NCBI GenBank assembly: GCA_005884195.1
Contig: VBBP01000051.1
Location: 1,550 to 65,549 of the forward strand
Origin: Candidatus Bathyarchaeota archaeon
GTDB taxonomy: Archaea; Thermoproteota; Bathyarchaeia; 40CM-2-53-6
DNA length: 64,000 nt
Direction of reading: 5' to 3'
The position numbers and the translations under genes were made by a program. How positions within the stretch are numbered: position 1 is the stretch's first letter; every line of letters begins with the position of its first letter. Of the stretch, positions 16,593 through 26,856 are shown piece after piece. The notes beneath the pieces are model-generated. The model was given only the letters and a program-made list of their open reading frames with translations, was not told where the DNA came from and searched no databases.

Positions 16593-17042
16593 ATGAAGAG
16601 AAAACTCGGCGAGCTCAGGCTCGAAGAGGTGGGGAGGAGCCTCCACAGTAACGCGATCCATCTTCTGCGTGATGTCAGAATCGAAGATTCAGCCATGGGA
16701 ATCGGACCGGCACAGGCCTCCGCCCTGTCGGTGGTCGTCTTCGGTGGTCCACATTCGTTGAACGAGCTGGCAGAGGTAGAGCAGGTCAGGCCGCCAACCA
16801 TGAGCCGCGTAGTCGAAGCCCTCGTAGGAGAGGGACTTGTACGAAGGGAAGCAAATAGCAACGACAGGCGCTCAGTAATAATCTCCTCGACAGAGAAGGG
16901 GACGAAAATCATTCACGAAGGACGAAGTCGACGTGAGAAACGACTGATCAAGTTACTTTCTCAACTTGATGCTGACGAGATTAGGTGCCTGGGAAAGGCT
17001 TCTGAAATTCTATCAAGAGTCCTGGTTGCAGAACATTCCTAA
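16593..17042 (+). CDS. MarR family transcriptional regulator
   Basis: LNELAEVEQVRPPTMSRVVEALVGEGLVRREANSNDRRSVIISSTEKG is the canonical MarR wHTH. Confidence 0.9.
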   Translation: MKRKLGELRLEEVGRSLHSNAIHLLRDVRIEDSAMGIGPAQASALSVVVFGGPHSLNELAEVEQVRPPTMSRVVEALVGEGLVRREANSNDRRSVIISSTEKGTKIIHEGRSRREKRLIKLLSQLDADEIRCLGKASEILSRVLVAEHS

Positions 17043-17990
17043 TTCGTGCTGTCGATTGATCCTTTTCACCCTTGGTTAGCAATTGTCGTGCAAGTCTGTT
17101 TTTTCGGAGAGTACGGAAAGTATGTTCGTGAGCAGTTTCTTGGAAGAGGAGTATAACTAGGCCCTCATTCGATCCAATCTTGATGGATGACGTGGCGGTT
17201 TGATCTGTAACGAGTGTGAGGAGTCTCAAGCGTTTCCAAAAGATATAGTTGAGCTTGAATCCGCACTGGGCATTTCCCGCAAGGAGCTGATGGCCGAGAT
17301 GGAAAAGGGAAAACGATGCGTTCTCTGTGGATCAGTTCTTGATGAGGCTACGGTGGCTGGGACTATTGAGTGAGATTGGTGTCCCCAGGTAATCTTGAGT
17401 TTAAGCGCTGACCGGTCATCGTTTCTTTGTATAGCTACCGGCATGCGGCTAGAGCGCGCGTCTTTTCTCCGGTTCGGGCGTTTGCGGTCTTTGATGTCGC
17501 CTCCAAAGTACGATATTTGCCGAGAAACGGAGGCCTCCGAATCTGTGCTGTGAAAAAGTGCGGAAAGAGGTTTTTTATGAAGATTTTAGCCTGAAATATC
17601 GGCTGTTTCGATGAATAAACTCAGAATACAATAGTTTTATATTGTAAACAATGATATAGCACCTAATAGGTGAATTTGTACGCCTAGTAAGCCAAAGAAG
17701 AAGAGTAAGAAGTAGAAGTGGGGCTTCTTGCTCTATCGGCTTCAATACCCACGTTTTTTCTGAATTCGTCTTCATTATCGGTCTTAAACCACCTTGTGTC
17801 CCTTCTCTTGATCAATTATGACGTTTGAGTTTGCTGACTAAGTCGAAGAGGTTCGGCTAGCCGCTCGTACGATGATGTCCATCGATCTAATGGAAACCGC
17901 ACGTGCCTGAATCATCTTGTCAGTTTCAAGCGATGGCTTGTCGCTCGCGTTGACGAGTTCAGTCTGAGTTGAGCTTCGAAGATCCAGAGT

Positions 17991-18794
17991 CTATTTTTGA
18001 CATTGAACTACGTGCTCGAACGGGAGTTCAATCCCCTTCCGTTTGAGCAGTTTATCATATCGTTTGAGTAAGGTTTCGGTAGCACCCCAACCTCGTAGTT
18101 CCTTGATCGCGTTCACATATCCGAAATGGATCGTCGTTCCGAAATAGGTTACTTGAAACTTGTCGAAGCCGACTCTTCTCATTATCGCAAAAAGCTGGTC
18201 AGGAGTCCAAGATGGCCAGTGCTTTACGAGAAAAGCTTGGGGTTCTACTGCAGGGGAAGATGACCACTCACCGTGGATCATGAAGCCTCTGGGTCGGAGA
18301 ATACGATAAAACTCGCCCAGAGCCTTTTCGAGTTGCGAGTCATAAGGAAGGTCACACAGCAGCTCGTTCGAAACTATAATGTCAACGCTCTCGTCCTCGA
18401 CGCCTCTAATCCTCTTGGCGTCGGATCTAATCAGTCGAACGCGTTTCCCCAATTCGGTTTTCCGTAGGGCTTTGCCCAGCTCGTCCAACCAACCCGAATA
18501 TGGTCCTCTGGATGAGTCTACGGCGATCATTTCCACGCGGTTAGGAACCCTTCTGAGCAAGGGTATTGTTAGCTGACCTTTGCCGCATCCGGCTTCAAGA
18601 ATTGTTCGGAATTTCCTCTGACCGATCTGGCTCAGGAAGTGTCCTGCTAACCGATCATAGTACTTGGCCCAGGCTCCTACAAGTTGCTCCGGGCCACTGG
18701 CGTTAATTTTCATCCCTTTTTTGCCCGGTCCTAATTCTGGACACAACTGAAACATACCGGTCTTGTGATGGGCGGTCATAAACTTCGCCGCCAT
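17991..18794 (-). CDS. Class I SAM-dependent methyltransferase
   Basis: ILEAGCGKGQLTIPLL (motif I) and VDIIVSNELLCDL match the family. 267 aa. The exact start is uncertain. Confidence 0.8.
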   Translation of the reverse strand: MAAKFMTAHHKTGMFQLCPELGPGKKGMKINASGPEQLVGAWAKYYDRLAGHFLSQIGQRKFRTILEAGCGKGQLTIPLLRRVPNRVEMIAVDSSRGPYSGWLDELGKALRKTELGKRVRLIRSDAKRIRGVEDESVDIIVSNELLCDLPYDSQLEKALGEFYRILRPRGFMIHGEWSSSPAVEPQAFLVKHWPSWTPDQLFAIMRRVGFDKFQVTYFGTTIHFGYVNAIKELRGWGATETLLKRYDKLLKRKGIELPFEHVVQCQK

Positions 18795-19017
18795 AGGTGC
18801 TCGATGCTGAGATCCTCAGAACACGCCTTACCCTCCTGCCAAAAAAAGGGACAGTTCTACTATCGACAAGGCAGAAGGAGTCGCGAGAGAGTTCCACAGG
18901 TCCGATTTTCAGACGGCTCTCTCAACCCTGAATCCTATGGTTCGCGCTTATGGAGAATCCACCTGCATATGTTTATCTTAGGAAGCCCACTCACGAGGGT
19001 CCAGAATCTGATTAGAA

Positions 19018-20676
19018 ATGTCGGAAACACCTGTTCTAATTCTGAGGGAAGGCACCTCCCGGTCTAGAGGACGCGACGCCCAGAGAAGCAACATAATGGC
19101 CGCCAAAATAGTCGCCGAGATTGTCCGGTCGACCATGGGACCCCGAGGGATGGACAAGATGCTGGTCGCAGGCATGGGGGACATTGTGATCACAAACGAC
19201 GGGGCTACTATCATGAAGGAAATGGATGTCCAGAACCCTGCTGCTAAGATGATTGTAGAGATATCGAAAACCCAAGACAGTGAAGTGGGCGATGGAACGA
19301 CAACCGCAGTAGTCCTAGCCGGCGAATTGCTCGCGGGAGCGGAGACTCTTCTTGACAAAGATGTTCATCCCAACGCGATCATTGACGGCTACAGGAATGC
19401 GGCAGGAAAGGCTCAAGAGATTCTAGAGAAAATCGCTATCGCGATCAAGCCTGACGATGAGTTGCGGCTTAAGCAGGTCGCGATGACCTCCCTCAACACA
19501 AAAGGTATCTTCGGTTCTCAGAATCGTTTCGCCGAGCTTGCTGTTGAAGCGGTCATGCAGGTAACTGAGAAGAATAATGGCAAGATGAAGGCGGACATCG
19601 ATCTTGTCAAGGTGATGAAGAAGCACGGAAAAAGCCTAGAGGAAAGCGAACTGGTAAACGGGATAATTATCGACAAGGAAGTATCTCACTCCCAGATGCC
19701 TAAGAGCATGACTGGCGCCAAGATAGCATTGTTGAATGCGAAACTCGAGATCGAGAAGACAGAGACAGATGCCAAGATCAACATCAACAAGCCGGAAGAA
19801 ATGTACCAGTTCATACAGGAAGAAGAAAAACTCCTCCGGGACATGGCTGATCAAGTGGCCAAGACTGGCGCAAATGTCCTATTTAGTGAGAAGAGCGTTG
19901 ACGACGAAGTTCTATCTCTTCTCTCCAAGAAGGGTATCCTTACTGTCAAGAATGTCAGTAGTAGCGACATGGAGAAACTAGCGAAGGCGACAGGCGGTAG
20001 CGTGGTCGGAACTACTAGGGATCTCTCCAAAGAGGCCCTTGGCTACGCTAAGCTGGTTGAAGAGGTCAGAATTGGTGATGACAAGCTCGTCTATGTCCGT
20101 GAGGCGAAGAATCCTAAGGCAGTAACCATCATGATTAGAGGTGGCTCAGAGCATGTCGTTGACGAGGCGGAAAGATCCCTCCACGATGCACTATCCGTTG
20201 TTAGAAATGCGGTAGAAGACGGAAAGATAGTCGCTGGTGGAGGCGCCCCGGAAATTGAGCTTTCCAAGCGACTTCGAGAATACGCGATAAAAGTTGGAGG
20301 CCGGGAACAACTCGCCGTTACAGCATTTGCGGAAGCCCTGGAATCCATACCGGTGGCGATTGCTCAGAACGCGGGAATCAATCCGATAGACATACTCGTT
20401 GACCTCAAATCGAAACATAACAGCGCGCAGAACATTTGGTTCGGAGTCAACACAAAGACCGGAAAGGCAAGCGACATGCTGAAGATGGACGTGGTTGAAC
20501 CACTACGAGTAAAGACACAGGTGATCAAGTCAGCAGTTGAGGCTGTGACGATGATCCTTAGGGTCGACGATGTGTTCGCGTCAAAGGGTGGAAGCACGCC
20601 AAGCCCAGGTGGTCCTGGAGGAATGCCCCCGGGTATGGGTGGCGGAATGCCTCCTGGCATGATGGGCGGAATGTAA
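19018..20676 (+). CDS. ths: Thermosome subunit (group II chaperonin)
   Basis: Motifs are [20 protein letters not shown] and [16 protein letters not shown]. The C-terminal tail is [19 protein letters not shown]. Confidence 0.97.
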   Translation: MSETPVLILREGTSRSRGRDAQRSNIMAAKIVAEIVRSTMGPRGMDKMLVAGMGDIVITNDGATIMKEMDVQNPAAKMIVEISKTQDSEVGDGTTTAVVLAGELLAGAETLLDKDVHPNAIIDGYRNAAGKAQEILEKIAIAIKPDDELRLKQVAMTSLNTKGIFGSQNRFAELAVEAVMQVTEKNNGKMKADIDLVKVMKKHGKSLEESELVNGIIIDKEVSHSQMPKSMTGAKIALLNAKLEIEKTETDAKININKPEEMYQFIQEEEKLLRDMADQVAKTGANVLFSEKSVDDEVLSLLSKKGILTVKNVSSSDMEKLAKATGGSVVGTTRDLSKEALGYAKLVEEVRIGDDKLVYVREAKNPKAVTIMIRGGSEHVVDEAERSLHDALSVVRNAVEDGKIVAGGGAPEIELSKRLREYAIKVGGREQLAVTAFAEALESIPVAIAQNAGINPIDILVDLKSKHNSAQNIWFGVNTKTGKASDMLKMDVVEPLRVKTQVIKSAVEAVTMILRVDDVFASKGGSTPSPGGPGGMPPGMGGGMPPGMMGGM

Positions 20677-20754
20677 TAAGCGTCCCCCTCAAGATAACCG
20701 AATGGCTTTCCCGCTCTCCAAAAGAGGGGGTCGGAGTCTTGCTCCTCTAACGGT

Positions 20755-20770
20755 TCTTTCCTTTTTTCGG
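20755..20770 (+). terminator. Oligo-T tract (T6) about 85 nt downstream of the thermosome gene
   Basis: The sequence is ctttccttttttcggg, with the T-run at 20762-20767. Confidence 0.3.
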
Positions 20771-20937
20771 GCCTTCTCTGCCCGCCATCTTCTTCTTTTT
20801 CTTCTGCCAATCGGGACGCGTCATGGTTTCTTCTGAAACAAGGGTGTGCCCCTTCACGTATATCTATCCGATCCTTCGGACATTGAAAGCAAGATTCGGA
20901 GTCAAACTACTTATTTTGTGAGGAACAACAGTTACTC

Positions 20938-22101
20938 ATGTTGACCACCGAGCAGAATCACGTTCAATTGCATGGATCGCTGGACCGCCATGATAACGTT
21001 CTGAGCGATGATGAGAAATGGAAAATTGTTCTATCTAGAGATGACCGCTTCGACGGAGATTTCGTCTTCGCCGTTCGCTCGACCAGGATCTACTGTAAAC
21101 CATCATGTCCAGCGAGGCGTCCGGGCAAGTTACAGGTTGCATTCTTTCCTGGATCATTTGAAGCCGAACAGTTCGGTTTCCGGCCATGTCACCGTTGTCA
21201 GCCCCGGGAAACTGGACCGTCTTCGAAGGCCAAGCTGGTAGATCAAGTTTGCAGATACATCGAGGACAATCTTCGAGGAAAACTTAGCCTTGTAATCCTC
21301 AGTCGTCAGGCTGGCCTTAGCCCCTATCATTTCCAGCGGACTTTCAAGAAGGTTCTCGGGATCTCGCCTCGTGAGTATGTCAAAGCTCGCCGCCTCGCTA
21401 GGATGAAGCGGTTTCTAAGAAATGGGGAAACGGTGAACAGCTCATTGTACAATGCTGGCTTCTCTTCCCGAAGTCGTGTATATGAGAATGTTCCCGGTGG
21501 ATTGGGGGTAAATCCAGGAGAATTTCGCCGAGGCGGTGAAGGCTTGCGGATTCGATACAGCATTATCGACTCCCCCCTAGGTCGGCTCTTGGTTGCAGCG
21601 ACAGAAAGAGGCGTATGCGGTGTCTGTATTGGGGACTCGGATGCGTTTGTCGAGAACTCTCTTACGGAGGATTATCCCTCCGCAATCTTGCACCGAAGTG
21701 ACGAGGAGATGAAAGAGTGGACTAGCGCGTTCGCGAACTACTTTGATGGGGACCCTCTCGCCGTCAACCTTCCTCTCGATGTAAAGGCAACCGTGTTTCA
21801 GTCGAGGGTCTGGAAGATCATCCAATCCATTCCATTCGGCAAGACAACCACCTATAGTAAGATCGCAAAGCAGCTGGGGGAGCCCGAAGCGTCACGAGCT
21901 GTGGCAAGAGCTTGCGCAACCAACCCTGCTGCACTCGTGATTCCCTGTCATAGAGTGATTGGCAAAGACAGTAGTCTTCGCGGATATCGCTGGGGTATCG
22001 AGAGAAAACTTGCTCTCCTCAAGCTCGAGCAGACAGCTAATCCGGGTGCTATCCAAAAAAAAATAACTCGTCTGATGCACCAGCAATTGATTCTCAACTG
22101 A
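20938..22101 (+). CDS. ada: Ada-like bifunctional regulator and methylated-DNA-protein-cysteine methyltransferase
   Basis: It has an N-terminal Ada Zn-binding domain (FVFAVRSTRIYCKPSCPARRP) and an AraC HTH (LSPYHFQRTFKKVLGISPREY). The C-terminal MGMT domain carries the PCHRV active site (VIPCHRVIG). Confidence 0.9.
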   Translation: MLTTEQNHVQLHGSLDRHDNVLSDDEKWKIVLSRDDRFDGDFVFAVRSTRIYCKPSCPARRPGKLQVAFFPGSFEAEQFGFRPCHRCQPRETGPSSKAKLVDQVCRYIEDNLRGKLSLVILSRQAGLSPYHFQRTFKKVLGISPREYVKARRLARMKRFLRNGETVNSSLYNAGFSSRSRVYENVPGGLGVNPGEFRRGGEGLRIRYSIIDSPLGRLLVAATERGVCGVCIGDSDAFVENSLTEDYPSAILHRSDEEMKEWTSAFANYFDGDPLAVNLPLDVKATVFQSRVWKIIQSIPFGKTTTYSKIAKQLGEPEASRAVARACATNPAALVIPCHRVIGKDSSLRGYRWGIERKLALLKLEQTANPGAIQKKITRLMHQQLILN

Positions 22102-22201
22102 CATCGTAACTAAGCGTCAAATCATCTGCACGGTTGGAGTGCTCAGGACCTTATCAGTTACTTGCGGATCAATGTCTATACAGTGGAACTTGCTAGATAT
22201 C

Positions 22202-23050
22202 ATGGTCGATATGACAGGTAAAACCTGTATCGTTACTGGCGGGAATTCTGGGATCGGTAAAGCTACGGCTCTCGGGCTCGCAAGAATGGGAGCGACCGTC
22301 GTTATCGTCTCCCGGGGCAAGGAGAAGGGCGAGGCGGCTCTAGCTGATATTATCGCTAAGAGCGGAAACCGGAGCATTGAGCTGATGCTCGCTGACATGT
22401 CATCTCAAGACTCTGTCCGCACGTTAGCGGGTGACTTCAAGGCTAGACATGAAAGGCTGCACCTCCTGGTGAACAACGCCGGGGTCTATCTAACAAGGCG
22501 CAACACAACGGTGGATGGCCTTGAATCGACCTTTGCCACTAACCATCTCGGACCCTTTCTTTTGACTAGCCTCTTGCTTGACCTCCTCGAGGCAAGTGCC
22601 CCTTCCCGGATAGTCAACGTCTCATCGGACGCTCATAACGGCGCGAAGATTGACTTCGAGGATCTCCAAGGCCAGAAAAAGTTCTCAGGCTGGCACGCGT
22701 ATGGCCAATCGAAACTAGCAATGATACTTTTCACTCACGAGCTAGCGAAGAAGCTCGATGGCAAGGGAGTTACCGTGAATAGCGCGCATCCGGGAGTAGT
22801 CAGAACCAACTTTGCCAACAACAATGGCCTTGTCACCTTCGGATTCAGGCTGATGCGTCCGTTTTTCATAAGTCCCAAAACCGCTGCCAAAAGGATTCTC
22901 TACGTCGCTACCTCTCCTGATTTGGAAGGTGTGACTGGGAAGTATTTCAATAAGATGCGCGAGGCAAGATCCTCACAAGAATCCTATGATGATAACTCCG
23001 CCAAACGGTTGTGGCAAATGAGCGAGCAACTGACGAAACTGTCCATCTGA
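22202..23050 (+). CDS. SDR family oxidoreductase
   Basis: TGGNSGIGKAT (TGxxxGIG), NNAG and YGQSK (YxxxK) match the family. The track ORF begins at 22139, with in-frame ATGs at 22172 and 22202. Confidence 0.9.
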   Translation: MVDMTGKTCIVTGGNSGIGKATALGLARMGATVVIVSRGKEKGEAALADIIAKSGNRSIELMLADMSSQDSVRTLAGDFKARHERLHLLVNNAGVYLTRRNTTVDGLESTFATNHLGPFLLTSLLLDLLEASAPSRIVNVSSDAHNGAKIDFEDLQGQKKFSGWHAYGQSKLAMILFTHELAKKLDGKGVTVNSAHPGVVRTNFANNNGLVTFGFRLMRPFFISPKTAAKRILYVATSPDLEGVTGKYFNKMREARSSQESYDDNSAKRLWQMSEQLTKLSI

Positions 23051-23489
23051 TTCCGCGTTCATCAACGCTCTGGTGGGCATGTGCTCCTAGACGAGGAGCG
23101 ATTCGTAAGGGCTTGATCGAGACCGCTGTTTTCTATGTTCGATGTTCCAACTGCTTCTCTAGTACGGCAGCGCCCTGGAAGCGATGTCGCTTTTGACATC
23201 GGTGATTAATGCTGCAGGTCCCTCGGTTCTGACTCTGAGTTCCCGTCCAGACCAGGTCGCTCGTAGGGTGGTCTTTCGTAGTTGTCTCTCATCGTCTTGT
23301 CTTAAGAATTCAAGTCCAATGAACTCCACTTCCGTTAGTTCAAAGGGTCCGACGGAAGGCACTCGCATTTCCCCTCGGTTGCGAGTCACACGTCAATTCG
23401 CGGGACATATTAGGCGTCATGGTACAGTTGTCTACATCTGTTCGTTACTCGGGAGGGTCCTGCGTCTCGCGTGAATCGATGGAATTAGC

Positions 23490-23780
23490 TCAGAGGGGTC
23501 CTTTGCCGAGGTCCTTCCTCGGTCTGACAACTATCGCGACGAAGAATAAGGCTAGTGCAGCGAAGTCGATTCCCACCCTAACGATACCTTCAGTCGTGGA
23601 AGGTAGAACATAGTCTACCAAAGTCTTCATGAAAAAAAGCAAGAAAGCTGCTGCGACAATGATCAGGGCGGGTTGTCTTCTTCTTGACCAGGCGTACAGG
23701 GATAACGAGAAGAGAACTAGTGCGAAGATTCCTCTGCCTATTTCCAATAGGTCAGTTGGATCGGTTGGAGTGCCTGACAT
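23490..23780 (-). CDS. Hypothetical small membrane protein (3 predicted TM helices)
   Basis: Hydrophobic segments are IFALVLFSLSLYAW, ALIIVAAAFLLFFM and FAALALFFVAIVV. It lies downstream of a wHTH gene on the same strand. Confidence 0.5.
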   Translation of the reverse strand: MSGTPTDPTDLLEIGRGIFALVLFSLSLYAWSRRRQPALIIVAAAFLLFFMKTLVDYVLPSTTEGIVRVGIDFAALALFFVAIVVRPRKDLGKGPL

Positions 23781-23824
23781 TTTCTCGCTTCCTTCCTCGT
23801 CTATCCTGATTTCTATGAGCGCGA

Positions 23825-24334
23825 TTACGCGAGTAGGTCGGCCAACCTCTCAGCCCATCTCTCCCATATTCTTGGGTGGTGCTTCTTCAGGAGGGCTAGG
23901 GTCCTGGCTCGGTCCCCGGTAATGGTATAGAACACGAAGCCACCCTCTCTCCTAGGTTGTACGAATCCAGCTCTGGATAATCTCGCCATATGCCAGTTTG
24001 TTGAACTTGCGGAGATTCGGGCGAATTCAGAGAGCTCTTTCTGGCTTGCAAGTGGGTTCTTGATGAGGTAGAGTACAAGGTCTCTCTCGGTCTCTTGGGA
24101 GAGAATGTTCAGGATCTCGCGGTCTTGCACTCCGAGGCCTTTGTCGGCGTAGAAGCGTTTGTAGAGGCCGTGGCGAACCGATAGTATGCTGCGTTCTCGT
24201 TCTAGCTTGTACAGGTGGTACTGTATGACACCCATGGCCAGGTTGAGTTCTCGTTTGATCTTTCTCAGATGGGTGCCGGGATTCGCCTTGATGAACTCAA
24301 GTATGCGGACTCTATTGGAGTCCTGAATCTGCAC
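23825..24334 (-). CDS. Winged helix-turn-helix transcriptional regulator (two wHTH-like halves)
   Basis: The two halves are RILEFIKANPGTHLRKIKRELNLAMGVIQYHLYKLE and LYLIKNPLASQKELSEFARISASSTNWHMARLSRAGFV. Confidence 0.75.
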   Translation of the reverse strand: MQIQDSNRVRILEFIKANPGTHLRKIKRELNLAMGVIQYHLYKLERERSILSVRHGLYKRFYADKGLGVQDREILNILSQETERDLVLYLIKNPLASQKELSEFARISASSTNWHMARLSRAGFVQPRREGGFVFYTITGDRARTLALLKKHHPRIWERWAERLADLLA

Positions 24335-24522
24335 TACCTCGGCTGATTGCGCCTTTGCACGCTCCGTGCATACTGCTTCTTTCGATGTGAAAAATGTTGG
24401 GGTGTGTCTGAATTGGGTGCTTGTTGCTGCTATCGGCCATGTTTCTGAAGAATTGGTAATTTGGGCTGTCTTCTGCTCGAGCCTAAAGAAAAGAGGAGTT
24501 GGAGTGGAATAGGTCTTGTGTG

Positions 24523-24924
24523 CTACATTCCGCCTGTGGATTGGAATAGGGCGAAGGTGTTTCCGTCGGGGTCCTTCAGTACTGCAAAGTATCCTACTGT
24601 TGGGATTTCTTGTTTTGCAGTGACCACTTGGGCACCTAGGCTTGTGGCTTGGGCGGCGGATTCATCGATGGAGTTGACGGAGAAATAGTTGAGGAATTGC
24701 TCGTTTGCTGCGTTGCGCTTGAATAGTCCGCCAATGGATTCGTTTGCCGGGGCGTCTTTGTGCGCAATGAGCCAGTATTCCTGTTCTCCCCATTTGGAGA
24801 ATTTCCAGTTGAAAAGTTGCTCGTAGAACTTGCTTACGTTGGCGGGGTCAGTTGCAGGTATCTCGAAATGGACTAGAGTGTGTAGCTTTGGTTGGGGTCG
24901 GGTTGTGACTGTCGATGCTTCCAT
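24523..24924 (-). CDS. VOC/glyoxalase family protein
   Basis: HFEIPATDPANVSKFYEQLFNWKF and GYFAVLKDPDGNTFALFQ match the family. Confidence 0.85.
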   Translation of the reverse strand: MEASTVTTRPQPKLHTLVHFEIPATDPANVSKFYEQLFNWKFSKWGEQEYWLIAHKDAPANESIGGLFKRNAANEQFLNYFSVNSIDESAAQATSLGAQVVTAKQEIPTVGYFAVLKDPDGNTFALFQSTGGM

Positions 24925-25267
24925 AGTGTTTCAGTGGTGAGAGGAGCTCTGGTTGCGTCTCTTAAACGTGGCCTCCGCTCGTGTTAACCTGTGGCTGACT
25001 GGGAGAATCGTGAGACGCGATTGCCCGAGTAGTGATGTTAGCGCCTTCCATCACGGCGGAAGACGGTTGCCCATGGTAACCATTGACGGCGACGTTGGGG
25101 TCCCACCAGAAGCTAGCTACAGGTAACGTCCAAGGGCTTTCTGGTTGGATTCGACTCTCAGCCTTCAACTGTAACCCCATTGAGTAATTTCTGGTTATGC
25201 TAGGGATAAGGGCTGACAAGTGCACTGTCCTAGTGGGAACGAGTGCCGGCTCGATCTGGAAAAAGCG

Positions 25268-25831
25268 ATGGCCAAGGGTACTGCCGCCGTCATTCTCGTG
25301 ATACTCATCATCGGTGCAGTATCAGGGTACTTCTTCTACACGAGGTATGTTCAGGGAACAGTTGTTCTGAGTATCACGGATCCGCCTCAAGTGCAACCGG
25401 CTAATGGTCGACAATATGACCCTAGCATTCTCCACATCTACCTCACGTTCGCTACGATAGAAATCCATCAGGGAGGCTTTGGAAACTCCAGCAATAACGG
25501 CTGGTACACTATGATTGGGTCCCAGAAAACGGTGGATCTGACTTCGGTCTTGACCACCGCGAAGACTTTGGGAAGTACGAGACTCTCCACGGGAACTTAC
25601 GACCAGCTCCGTTTTCCAGTATCCGCTGCGGTGGTTACTTTTTCCAACCTTGGAAACGTTACCTATTCAATACCCAGTGATTCTCTCAAGGTCTCGATCA
25701 TAGGGGGAGGGTTCCAGAGTTCTCCAGGCACTACCGTGAATCTGAGATTGACACTGTCTTTCAATAGCAATGAGATCCTTGCCATGAACGGACACTTAAC
25801 ACCGCATGCTACGGCTCAGATAGTGCCTTGA
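25268..25831 (+). CDS. DUF4382-like secreted or anchored protein
   Basis: An N-terminal TM helix (AAVILVILIIGAVSGYFFY) is followed by VVLSITDPP, IEIHQ, QKTVDLTS and GTYDQLRF, as in DUF4382. The track ORF starts at 25220. Confidence 0.7.
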   Translation: MAKGTAAVILVILIIGAVSGYFFYTRYVQGTVVLSITDPPQVQPANGRQYDPSILHIYLTFATIEIHQGGFGNSSNNGWYTMIGSQKTVDLTSVLTTAKTLGSTRLSTGTYDQLRFPVSAAVVTFSNLGNVTYSIPSDSLKVSIIGGGFQSSPGTTVNLRLTLSFNSNEILAMNGHLTPHATAQIVP

Positions 25832-26041
25832 TGTTTCTCTAACGGAAATATGACATTATCTCTCGGGTTGATGATGAGGTAGCCAACAACAGCAGACTTC
25901 AAGCGGGCCGTTGGGGCAGGCGGCTGCATTTCAATGTCTTGGCATTCATCTGATTGAACAGTCGCAGTCTGCGCAACGGATGTGACTGGCACCCTTTTTC
26001 GATTTAGCCAACCTTCTTCTCCCTAGAATTTCAGTATTCAT

Positions 26042-26413
26042 TCAACTACGTGGGGATGGGCTATTTTTTGGTTTCTTGGGAGGCAACCGGCTCGTCCAGT
26101 CCAGGGACCGGCTGACCCACAAGTGCACCGTCTCGGGTTGGTTCCGCCAAGCTTTCGGTATTACGACGTATTCTTTCATGGGCTTTCCTTTCATCGGTTC
26201 CAGCAATGAAGCTCCCTTCTTTTCGAGGAGTTCCTTTCGACTCTCCTCGGACACGCGCACGAATAGGTCGTCTCCAAATAGCCCTGTGAACATGTTTCCG
26301 TTAACAAACGCCGATACGTTTCCAAACATTGGCCGGATCGTGATTCGAGGGTCGTCTGGCAAGATTGACCTGAAAAATTCTTTGGAATTTTCACCAGGAC
26401 GCGGAATATGCAT
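26042..26413 (-). CDS. TfoX/Sxy N-terminal domain protein
   Basis: MFGNVSAFVNGNMFTGLFGDDLFVRVSEE matches the TfoX_N pattern. Confidence 0.75.
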   Translation of the reverse strand: MHIPRPGENSKEFFRSILPDDPRITIRPMFGNVSAFVNGNMFTGLFGDDLFVRVSEESRKELLEKKGASLLEPMKGKPMKEYVVIPKAWRNQPETVHLWVSRSLDWTSRLPPKKPKNSPSPRS

Positions 26414-26439
26414 TCGAGGGCCTCGGAATGCGAGATAAG

Positions 26440-26856
26440 CTAACTCAAGGACTTCAGCACGTTTAAGGCCTCCCCAACGTGCGCGGTGGCTCGGGTTTGG
26501 GATGAGAAGATAAGTCTGATAATTCCTTTCTTGTCTATTACAAAACTCACTCGGCCGGCAAAAAGACCGAGTGACTTCTTAACTTCGTAGGCTTTCCTTA
26601 CTGAACCGTCAGCGTCGCTGAGCAATATGAATGGCAAGTGGTGCTGTTGAGCGAAATCTCGATGAGAGTCTTGGCTGTCGGAGCTTATTCCAATAACTTC
26701 TGCCCCTAGATCATTGAACACTTCGTATGAGTCCCGGAAGCTGCAAGCCTCGGCTGTGCAGCCGCGGGTGAAGTCTTTCGGATAGAAGTATACGACTACG
26801 TTCTTCTTTCCAAGAAAGTCCTGTAGTGCAACATAACTGCCACTGCTGGTTGGCAA
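26440..26856 (-). CDS. bcp: Peroxiredoxin (Bcp-type thiol peroxidase)
   Basis: The active site is VVVYFYPKDFTRGCTAEAC. The conserved Bcp N-terminus (AVGDSAPNFRL) continues in frame upstream of the TTG at 26856, as far as about 26892 (see findings). Confidence 0.85.
   Translation of the reverse strand: MPTSSGSYVALQDFLGKKNVVVYFYPKDFTRGCTAEACSFRDSYEVFNDLGAEVIGISSDSQDSHRDFAQQHHLPFILLSDADGSVRKAYEVKKSLGLFAGRVSFVIDKKGIIRLIFSSQTRATAHVGEALNVLKSLS

Noticed and set aside
17200-17373. A 57-codon TTG-initiated ORF with two CxxC pairs (MICNECEESQ...KRCVLCGSVLDEATVAGTIE).
   Set aside because: It has no convincing Shine-Dalgarno box, a non-ATG start and no family I recognise. I mention it under the 17043-17990 finding but do not annotate it as a gene.
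23159-23389. A 76-aa minus-strand ORF (…VGPFELTEVEFIGLEFLRQDDERQLRKTTLRATWSGRELRVRTEGPAAL…) in the 440-bp gap after the SDR gene.
   Set aside because: It is somewhat protein-like, but it has no recognisable family or RBS and overlaps an equally long plus-strand ORF. This is insufficient to call a gene.
24962-25225. An 87-aa minus-strand ORF between the VOC and DUF4382 genes.
   Set aside because: It has no motifs or RBS and would overlap the likely promoter of the DUF4382 gene. It is probably spurious.
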